The notes under the pieces are model-generated. The model worked only from the letters and a program-made list of their open reading frames with translations. It was not told the DNA's origin and made no database searches. Below are positions 53,542-64,000 of a stretch of DNA of 64,000 bases, piece by piece. Position 1 is the stretch's first letter. Every line of letters begins with the position of its first letter. The translations under genes were made by a program, and so were the position numbers. The stretch is from the NCBI RefSeq assembly GCF_006345805.1, contig NC_043004.1, positions 61,938,001 to 62,002,000 of the forward strand, read 5' to 3'. The DNA comes from Octopus sinensis. Its lineage: Eukaryota.

Positions 53542-53582
53542 TTTTAATCTGTATAAATGCATACGTATAACTATCTCTTTCA

Positions 53583-53613
<31 letters not shown>

Positions 53614-53639
53614 CTGGGCTATATATAGGTTACACGTTT

Positions 53640-54097
53640 TGGCATTTTCTGTTTCAAGATCTTTATACTTGCTCAGTTTTGGTAGGTCTTGACAGATACA
53701 TTTATGTTGATTAAGACAGTCATATCAACGAGGAGGCATCAGTTGTGTCTGAAGTCATTCAGTGTATTGTCTGGTCTATTAGCGTCTATCTTTCTGTCAT
53801 TTTCAGTGGTGAAGATCAAGAGAAGTGAGATGTGATCATTTTCAAGCAGTGGAGGTGGTTTGTGTTCTCACCAGCTTTTATCATGTGGTAGGTCCAGGTT
53901 TTTGAAAATTACACATTGAATATGTTGGGCAGTTTTATCATGCCTGTTGTGATACGCTGTATGCGCCAGACGACTGCACACGGAGACACCATGATCAATG
54001 GTTTCATTTTGTTGTTGACATACACATTTTGGGCTAATGTCATTCTTTAATATGTTGGCCTGGTAGTTCCTTGTTGGCAGGCATTGATCTTGAACTA
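53640..54097 (-). pseudogene. R4/Dong-type LINE C-terminal fragment (CCHC + restriction-like endonuclease)
   Basis: QDQCLPTRNYQANILK..PKC.CQQQNETIDH..C..RHD..IDANRPD..KLSKYKDL. Confidence 0.85.
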
Positions 54098-54104
54098 CTA
54101 TCAA

Positions 54105-54144
<40 letters not shown>

Positions 54145-54193
54145 GTCATCGTCATCATCATCGTCTACGTCGTCATTATTATTATTATTATTA

Positions 54194-54240
<47 letters not shown>

Positions 54241-54545
54241 TTGAGTGGGAGAGCAGTTCACGCCATCAGATCAAGACTAGGGTGGAAATATCTGAAGCCC
54301 AATATACCCATCGTGAATACCCGTGTGATAAGTGTACGCTAGGTACATGCATCGCAACAATATGTGCGTGACAGGGTGACCTCATATAAAGATAAACAGA
54401 TTGACAAGTAAATCTATGGTGTTGATCTCAATATTTGCTGTATCACATATTTTATACGAAAACAAAACCTGTACATGAGAACACTTCCAATCAGATAAGA
54501 TCAAAAGCTTTGAGAGCCACTACCTGTTACTGCATCAGGGCATGT
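54241..54545. mobile_element. Internally deleted, diverged copy of the (TAA)n-inserted repeat
   Basis: Both ends match 58864-59420; about 250 bp of the middle is missing. Confidence 0.8.
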
Positions 54546-54570
54546 ATTATTATTATTATTATTATTATTA

Positions 54571-54611
<41 letters not shown>

Positions 54612-54669
54612 GTAGTAGTAGTAGTAGTAGTAGTAAGTGTTGTTGTTGTTGTTGTAGTAGTAATATTTA

Positions 54670-55145
54670 ATCTTTGAACAGCTTCTAATGCTGGAGATGC
54701 ACTACTGTGGCAGCTGTTCACTACCAGTGAACTAAGGTAATACCCTTAGTTTTCAAGTATCATCTGGAGTATTCGAACTGTTACATGCAGTACTGTCTTC
54801 AGCAAGTACTCTACCCCTATTGCAACCCCTATTTGTCCGATGTATTTCTCAAGATTTTTACTCACTGTTCTCAGGGCTCCGACAATTATTTTACTTCATC
54901 TACCTTTTTCAGCGAACAAAACTGCTTAACCTCCCAAGCTAACCTGTCGTATCTATCGACTTTTCTTTCTTCCTTATCGCATACCTAGCTGTCAGATGGG
55001 CATGCTATATCTATGACCACAATGTTTGTTTTCTTTCTCAATTAAATCTATGACTGGTTTCCTAGAATATATCTCATGCTCGCACTGGATCATGAAGTCC
55101 CATAGCATCTTCGCATTATCATTTTCCATGATGCCTTCAGATTTA
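54670..55145 (-). pseudogene. Second R4/Dong-type endonuclease fragment with 3' UTR
   Basis: GIMENDNAKMLWDFMIQCEHEI..RKP..KVDRYDRLAWEV. Has a 3' hairpin GTTCACTGGTAGTGAAC, followed by TAC/TAA repeats. Confidence 0.75.
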
Positions 55146-55226
55146 TGTCCGTACACATTTTTGTCAAGTCCGTAATTGTTGCAAAGTTGTTGTTGTCGTT
55201 ATTGTTGTTGTTGTTGTTGTTATTAC

Positions 55227-55321
<95 letters not shown>

Positions 55322-55476
55322 CATCATCATCATTATTACGCGTGTATTGATCATTAATTATCGTTCTGAATTATAATTAAACATAAAGGACCGTTTCTGT
55401 GCACTATATATTGATTCTTAACCTTGATGTTTGTTTTCTGGTGCATTCTATATAATATGTGTATTTGAGTGTGTGC

Positions 55477-55509
<33 letters not shown>

Positions 55510-58500
55510 ATATATATAAACTAACCCACATACATATATTTAAAGTAAAGATATTTCAACATATACCTATTATAAGCCAGAGAGGGAAATCAGTGAAAAA
55601 TCCGCACGCAGAAAAGGATATGCACTATTATTATTCCAGGACTACTCATCCGCGCTAGCACGTGAGCTGATACATACATTTGGGAGAGGAGCAGAATAAA
55701 CGTTGATATTTGAAAAAAGCATTACTATAGTTTTTCTTTTATTCATTATTACATGAAGCATTCATTACCTAAAACTTTATCAACAGGAAGATTTTATATA
55801 ATATTCATGTTATTTATATAAAAATTATCGACATAGCATTACGTGAGCCGATGTTGATCTACAACTGATCGATTTCCTATCGCAACTTCAATCGTACTCA
55901 TGTGTTTGTGTCTATGCAATTATGCTTTCATTCGAAACTCTATAATCATAGAGTGTTGGATGTGAGTGGTTGTCTTTGTATTTCAATTGGGATTTTGTTC
56001 ATGAATATAGATATAGAGAAAATTTTAAATACTGATAGGTTTAGGAAGCTGAACTTTGAATGCAGGTAAGTTTTTTAACATGCCATTTTTTGCGTGTCAT
56101 GATATTGTGTGTTAGTTTATATGATGGATTATGAGCTATTATAATTCATTTGTTGGTATGCCTTCACGTTTTCTAGTGTGTTATTTAAAATTGCTGCAAT
56201 TAGAGAGAACATCCAGATGAAGGAGATAAATTTCCTTGTGTGTGAATATCTGTAACTACTACGGATTTATTGAACAACGCAATACCTCTTCAAATCAGGG
56301 ATTAGGATCAAATTATGAACGCTTTATATTTTTTTTTATTTTGCTTTGGCGGTCGCAGTGCCATGCAGGCTAAGAAGTAAAAGAAACACATTATGAATAA
56401 CTTATTGATATTTACTCTCTGAGTTATTCCACACAAACAATAGCTGTTTTATAAGGGTTTTTCAACGTTCAGAACGTTGCCAACATTTGTGCCAATATAA
56501 AATACCCTAACACATAGTTTATTCATAATTCGGAGGATTGTTCTCATAAAACATGAAAAGTGTTTAATGAATATTGGTGGTCCCAATATTTTTACAAATT
56601 ACGGTTTGTTTAGAAAATTACCAATGAAGATATACGAACTCTTGAAGTACAAGTCATTCCTGGAATACTGCGAAGAAGACTTTATATTTTGGACGATAAT
56701 TAAATAGTTTGAACAAGATGTGGATGGCAATACGTTACATACGGAATGTGTAAGTAGAAGGCATTGGTACTGAATGAATGAATACAGGCTACTATTCGAA
56801 TGCATGTTTTATTCGGAAAATGATTTGCGAATGTCTATCACTGCGTTATTAAAGCACATAACATCATGTGATGTATTTATTCCTTTCCTAATGTTAAAAC
56901 TTAATTTGTTATATTAGAACGATGTCACAAGTTTTATAAACGTGGCTTACTACATTGGAACAAGGCCAACACGATTAGTTCTATCTTTGACAATCGCAAG
57001 TCAATGTAATGCCCCTGAGATTTATTTGTTAATACTAACCTTGATGAATGAATTTAAATTATAAATCAGTTTGGCATTCTAATCAAATATATAGATTTCC
57101 CATTATTAATCACAGTAGATCTCACAAAAATATATATATACCGCTTACAAATATGCGATTATTGTAATTGAAATTCATGAATGAGGTTACAAAAACTCTC
57201 AAGAAATCTAGAATAAAAACAGAGAAATTAAAGAATAGATTTTCTGTGATAGTACAAGAATAAAACGATGTAATGACTATTAAAATGATATAGTTTAACA
57301 ATACTAAATAATTTTGCAAGTGTATAAAGCGAATTTAGATTTCATTGCTTGTATATGTAGAAAAAATCTTACTAGATTTTGAATGTATATTTGCGGGTAT
57401 TAAAATCCTCCGTTTAATCATAATTTTCGGTATACACATGTTAGAATATAACATGTGACGTCACCTACTATAAGGTACATAGCTGTACTTTCAAATAATC
57501 AGAGGAGGCTTCGTGTAGTACCTAGCAAATTTTGGTAATGGATGAAGCTGGAAATTCGATGGTCGGATCTTGCATGGCTGTTGTACAAGTCTCTCTGTGA
57601 ACAATTGTATCTATGCAAATGAGACATAAAAGATGATGAAACACACGTAGTGCTACGGCCTTCATTTGATTGTGTTTGTGACTGTGTGCTTGTATGTTTG
57701 TATGTGTGTGTGACTACTTCGGTGTAGCCCATTCCCACATTACTAAACAATATTAGTTTATCCGTTATTAAAAAAAAAAACATTTTGATTACGATCGAGT
57801 CTTTTATGAAAGTAATTGTAGTATTTCTATTTTAGAAAACCAGGGAATTCTACTCGAAATTTTCTGAGAACTTTGACGTGTGTCGAATAGTCTTTAACAA
57901 GTTGACAGAGTGAAAGGAGCAAAATGCGGAACTACCAAATTAATGAGAAGCACTAATAAATTTACTGCAAATTCCTGACAGAGAAATGAACATTGTTATA
58001 GACTAAAAGGTTATAGTGATCGCAAGGTGTCATCGACAGATCATTTGCGTGGTGGATTGAGCTACGAGAAACATCAGCCAATTATTACGTCCTATCATAT
58101 TAAAAATAAGGAGACAAATTGGATGAAATACCCATAGGTAAGAAAAAAATGGGATATTGAATAACATGAGTGCATTTCATTGCCTGTTAGTGTGAGATGG
58201 CGGGCATTATTTATTCTTACATTACAATACATATTTGTCAAAAGCAACTTGTACGATAAAAATATATCATGGAAAAACATATATTCAACAATTTTGATTT
58301 CTAGCGAGTATACCAATGAAATATCCTCAGATTCTAAGGGGGAAATATTAGGCTGCTCCCATTATTTCCATGGAAAATTAAAAGAGTATATGAACTGCAA
58401 TTGTATCGTGCTGACTTCTGTCTAAATTTATTGTAATCATACATTACTGAGAAGAACTGAGAATTAATGGTCAGAGCGAGGTGGCATGAGATGTTTACAG

Positions 58501-58680
58501 CAATCTTTCAGATATCTGAAGACGATATATTCCCAGAGAAATTCAGTGGGGTATACATACAAACATCCGTATATACACGTGTATGTATGTATCTGTCTCT
58601 TTGACTATCTGTCTTATCTATCTATTTATCAACTATCTATTGATCTATCTATCACCTTCTCTGTGTGCGTGTTTGTATAT

Positions 58681-58750
<70 letters not shown>

Positions 58751-58863
58751 CTGTGTGTGTAGAGAGATAGATAGATAAGAATATAGGTAAATAGATAGAT
58801 AGATAGATACGTACATATATACATACATACAGTTAATTTATTATTATTATTATTATTATTATC

Positions 58864-59418
58864 ATTGAGTGAGAGAGCAGTTCATGCCATCAAAGTGACA
58901 CGGGTAAAATATATGAAGCCCAATATACCCATCATGACTACCCGTCTGATAAGGGTACACCAGGCACATGCATCACAGCTATATGTGCGCGACATGGTGA
59001 TCTCATATCAAGATAAACAGCACATGACCTTGCAGGTGGGGCCCAGTTAGAATTTTCTTCAGGTTGAGTAGCCCATCCCGCTCAAACGGTCCCTGAATAA
59101 GGGTTGTTTAAGGACGTTGAAAGAACCACCCATGTTTCCAGAGGTGAACTATTCAAACCCCAAAGAATCCCTCTCAACACATGGCCATGATGCTCCCCCA
59201 CTACTTCTGCTCGTGATCAGAGATGCACATATCGTCAGCCACTAAGGGACATGCTCAACTGGTTAAGGTCAAACAACTGACAAGCAAATCTGTGGTATTG
59301 AGCAGAATATTTGCTGTAGCCCATCTTTTATACCAAGACAAAGCAATGTACATGATAACACTTCCAATCAGTTAAGATCAGAAGCCATGAGAGCCACTGC
59401 CTGGTACTGCATCAGGGC

Positions 59419-59421
<3 letters not shown>
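58864..59421. mobile_element. ~560-bp non-coding repeat inserted in (TTA)n, full length
   Basis: Near-identical to rc(7402-7917), with ~40 extra terminal bases. Confidence 0.9.
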
Positions 59422-59455
<34 letters not shown>

Positions 59456-59480
59456 GTTATTGTTATTATTATTATTATTA

Positions 59481-59527
<47 letters not shown>

Positions 59528-59531
59528 GTTA

Positions 59532-59588
<57 letters not shown>

Positions 59589-60178
59589 TATTATTATTAT
59601 ATTATTATTATTATTATTATTATACGTAAAGAAGAGACTTGGTTGTGTGGTTAAAAATATGGTGACATGTTTCGCTTCGTACAAACGGCATTTCAAAGTC
59701 AGAATCTCCTGTGCGACATTTTTAGCACATGAATCCTCTTTTCACCCCATTTATGGCAACTGTGTGAGTTTAGTAAACAGAAAAATTTACACGAAAAGTT
59801 AACCGCATATTTCATTGCAGATGGATCTGAAGTATCGTGGAAAAACATGTTAACATCAGTATTTACAATACGCCGAACAGCATCTCATATTACCTTCGTA
59901 TAATTAGCATGTAGACGAAGAAATGTAGAAGAAGAAAAATGTTATATATATATATATATATATATATATACTATAAGATTTGTAAATACCTTCGGGATAT
60001 TTACAAACATTTGTTCTTAAATTTTAAGTTCACATGTTTAAAGGAACAGTTGTATCCATAGACTCTAAGAAGACGCAACACTGTTTTAAACATTGTCTCA
60101 TATCTCACGTATCGTATTTCATATGTACATACAGACATACATGCATACATACATATATATATATATATATTTATTTAT

Positions 60179-60405
60179 AAACAATTCATAAATAAGGGCA
60201 AACGAAAAAATTTCTAATGCCTAATATGCCGAAAAATTGGACATATTGTCCATTAACCATATAATTTTTTCACAATACGCACAATTTTTTCGTTGCCCTT
60301 ATTTATGAATTGTTTAATTTTAACCTTTAAAGGTATTTTTTAATATGCTGGCCATTGATAAATTGGGGGGGAAAATAATTTTTTTCGAAAAAAATGTTAT
60401 CCTAC
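60179..60405. repeat. Fold-back cassette (~35-bp arms, ~70-bp spacer) plus tail, in (TA)n
   Basis: AAACAATTCATAAATAAGGGCAA.CGAAAAAATT versus AATTTTTTCGTTGCCCTTATTTATGAATTGTTT. Confidence 0.8.
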
Positions 60406-60413
60406 ATTAGATA

Positions 60414-60454
<41 letters not shown>

Positions 60455-61014
60455 ATACATATATATATAGAAAAAGAGGTACGACATGGCACCAATGATT
60501 GCTAAAAATAGCAGTCAGTAATGATACCATGCTATGTAAAGTTTCACTGAAATATATACTGGTAAATATATATGCGGGCAGCGAACTTAAAACATTTCCT
60601 TCTTGCATGGACAACGCAGGATAGTCGAGGACCCGTGTCTCGTACTTCCTCTTTTGTTAACAGATATTTATTCAGCCGAATATACTGGCATGATGTACTG
60701 CTATCTTAAAATTTCATACCACTATTGCTTGTTCATAATTCTAACTCTACGGTGAGATTTTTGTCCGGAGAGTGATACTTTTATATTACAATGATATTTA
60801 ATAAATAAATATACATATATATAATATATATATATATTTATTTGGTGTATGAAGAATGGATCTGAACGAATTTAACAACATTCCTTTTTATTATTTTCTA
60901 CATATGCGTGATTTTTCTGTTGTGATTTTTGCTACCCAGGTATCGGTTATCTTTTTGAATAATCCGTAACAAGATATTCATTTATCCATTTCAATATATA
61001 TATATATATATATA

Positions 61015-61071
<57 letters not shown>

Positions 61072-61081
61072 TATATATCTT

Positions 61082-61120
<39 letters not shown>

Positions 61121-61189
61121 CATATATATGTGTGCGTAAATATATGTTTATATATATATAATATATATATATATATATACATATATAAA

Positions 61190-61500
61190 TGACTATGGCT
61201 CAGTGGTTAGAACGTCGAAGGTACGACCGTAATTTTATGAGTTCGAATCCCGGAGCAAGGCACTTTTTTCACGTTGATCCAGGTCACTCAGCTGTAGAAA
61301 TGATTTGTGACGTCACTGGTGCCACGATGCATCGCGCTTTGCCTTTCCCTTTCCCTTGGATAACATCGGTGGCGTGGAGAGAGGAGGCTTGTATGCATAG
61401 GCGACTGCTTGTTTTCCATAAAAACTTTGCCCGGTCTTGTGCCTTGGAGGGTAACTTTCTAGGTGCAATACCATAGTCATACGTGACCGAAAGGGGTGTC
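61190..61500 (+). mobile_element. Degenerate tRNA-derived SINE (family B)
   Basis: A box TGGCTCAGTGG and B box GTTCGAATCC. Body similar to 18640-18913. Confidence 0.7.
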
Positions 61501-61689
61501 TGATGTATATATATATATTTGTATGTATCTATGTATGTATAGAATATTGGAAATGGTGTAGCGATATTGAATAGTGAGAAAAATGGAGGTCGCCAGAATT
61601 TTGGAAAAAATATCTATTCATTTGCATTTGCACTTTCATTTATCTTCAAACTTGTCAAATAATATTCTATGTGAAATGTGTTTTTTCAT

Positions 61690-62110
61690 TAACACAAATC
61701 AATATTTTGGTTTCATCTTTGGCTTCATCCTTCGGGACAGATCAAATGAAGACCTAAGTAAATTAACAATATACTGAACAGACTACAGCATCTATCAAAT
61801 TCACGACAGAATCCAGTTGCAATGAATTACCATTCCTGGATATGCACATAAAGATACAGAACTCCACAGTGATAACAGATATATATTATAAAAAATCTAA
61901 CACATACCAATATTTAATTTTCTATTCTTGCCATCCATCTCACATCAAAAAGAACATCCCATACAGCATGGTTAGAGTATCTGTAGTATAGTGAGTGACC
62001 ACCAAAATACGTGATGTCCGACTCAACGAATTGAGAGTCTTCATCACAATACAGAGATAACCCTTAACATTAATTGATGAGGGAATTAAAAAGGTGATGA
62101 AACTGAACAT
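61690..62110 (+). pseudogene. PLE reverse transcriptase C-terminal/thumb fragment
   Basis: SIKFTTESSCNELPFLDMHIKIQNSTVITDIYYKKSNTYQYLIFYSCHPSHIKKNIPYSM..RDVRLNEL..LIDEGIKKV. Confidence 0.85.
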
Positions 62111-62759
62111 CAAGGAGCAGAAGTAATGAACACACGATTCCGTTAGTTAACACACACAGCTCTTTGGATAACCAACGTCTTTCACACCATAAAATCGAAC
62201 TTAGACTACAAAGCCCCAAAATGAAAAACACATACACACACACACAAACACACTCACACACACATGCGCAAAAATATATATTTATTTTATCATAAATTCT
62301 CTTATCTTCCTTCCGGCACCTTAAGAAAAACTAAAACATGTTTTAGTGATAACTGCACTTCATCCTTTTATCATTATTTTCCCCATCCTAAAATCGACAT
62401 CTTGGAGAGGTCACCATCGATAAACCCATGTCAATAGGTGTACAATGGTAAGAAACTGAAATAAATAAACGAATAAATGGTAAATACATTCATAAATTGA
62501 AAAGTAATCCCTCCCTCTACCGATATATTTGTTTGTTTATATATCTGTATATCTATCTTTTTATCTATCTGTCTTCCTATCTATATACCTATCTCCATTG
62601 TCCTGGAGCCACACCCATCAAATCAACCAAAAAGAATGTTCTCTTTTTCTGAAAAAAGCAAAAATATAACACTTGATTTATATAAATGAACAACCTGTTC
62701 GTTAATAATAATGAATAAAGAAAAAACAATTTCCAGAATTCTGGTGTCCTCCCTGTTTC

Positions 62760-62921
62760 CACAATATATATTTTTTCTCTCATTGTTTCTTTCTGTGTTC
62801 CTCTCTACGGAAGAGCGTAGGCTCGAAACGTTAAAAGCATTTTCACTTCCCAAGCATTATACTAATACATTTGTCTGTTGTCTACACCACTTGTTCACGT
62901 CTTTTGCTTTTTGTGAATTAT

Positions 62922-62925
<4 letters not shown>
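62760..62925 (+). mobile_element. PLE pLTR remnant with decayed hammerhead, ending at (TA)n
   Basis: CTACGGA-A-GAGC-GTAG-GCTC-GAAAC-GTTAA. Homologous to 19080-19260. Confidence 0.7.
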
Positions 62926-63018
<93 letters not shown>

Positions 63019-64000
63019 CATACATACACGCATACATGGATGTCATTGCGTATCTATGATGCGTTGATGTACATCACATGGATCGACATTTGAATTCAAG
63101 AATTTATATATGATATCAACATGTTCGCTAAATTTAAAATAAATGTCCTCCGATTATTAACTGTCTTCTCCATTTATCCGTTATTTATCGCATTTAATGT
63201 TTCTCTTACACTGATACATATATAAATGCATAATTTAGTTAGGATGAAGGCTTATTATGAAACTACGCACATAGACAGACGGATAGTTTCACATTAAAAT
63301 TTAAGTTTAAATTTTATTCCCTGCAGACAATTTCTCTTCTATATCCAACATATGTATTCCAATATAATATTGGATGTATAAAAGTCTGTAGCATTATTAC
63401 ACTAAACGTTAGCATCCGACTGAATAGCGTTTAAATGCATAGAAAATTATTTATTCCAAATGTAATTTTTTTCACATACACCACACACATTCATATGACT
63501 GCAGTTCAAACGAATATACATGCAGGTATTTTTCTTTTAACTTTTCTCAATGAAAATCGTATGACTTTAGTACACAACGTTTTAGCACAAAAAGTGATTT
63601 TCTAGAATTTTTAGCACAAAAAGTTACAGCAAAATTCATCGCATATAATTCTGAATTATTATGGAAAAACAGTTAATATCACTATTTAAAATATGACGAC
63701 CAGCATGCATGTGACTTTGGTATAATTACCATGTATACAAGCAAATGCCGAAGATTAAAAATGCTATAGATATTATAACAAAATACCTTCCGTTTATTTA
63801 CAAGTATATGATCTTAATTTTTAAGATAAAAATTAATAAAATAATTTTAAAGCAATAGATATGTCTATAGCCTTTAAGAAGAAGATGCAACAGTTTTAAG
63901 CACCATTTCCAATATCACGTATCGAATTTCATGGTGTAGGCATAATCATATAGGTGTGTGTATGTGTGCGTCGTTTGTATATACATTTGAATTCAAGTAT

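Noticed and set aside
56030-56756. Strong donor-like sites CAG|GTAAGT (~56065) and TGT|GTAAGT (~56750)
   Set aside because: The candidate exon 56614-56750 has stops in all three frames. Could be non-coding exons or chance.
61190-61265. tRNA gene
   Set aside because: A and B boxes are present but no full cloverleaf, and it continues into a SINE body.

Overview
AT-rich, microsatellite-saturated animal DNA. The SINE families and (TA)n/(TAA)n/(CA)n load suggest a coleoid cephalopod such as Octopus; this is an inference. I found no convincing host gene, and nearly all of the supplied ORFs are microsatellite translations. The window is a transposon graveyard: a near-complete CR1/L2-group LINE ORF2 (12.5-15.2 kb), several Penelope-like element (PLE) remnants (Neptune-type and Naiad-type), R4/Dong-type LINE fragments in (TAA)n, a full-length decayed Tc1, a hAT transposase relic, a hAT MITE with an 8-bp TSD, a non-autonomous Helitron and several tRNA-derived SINEs. 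The main unannotated signal is a dense set of type I hammerhead ribozyme motifs (CUGANGA / stem II / GAAA / stem III / NUH / stem I). There are about 10 with an intact or near-intact core plus several decayed ones. They sit in short non-coding cassettes, most inserted in (TA)n. Many cassettes are fold-back (sense + antisense) pairs, several have greatly extended stem II, and two lie 1.29 kb apart in a tandem repeat, a retrozyme-like layout. All calls were made by eye; no searches were run.
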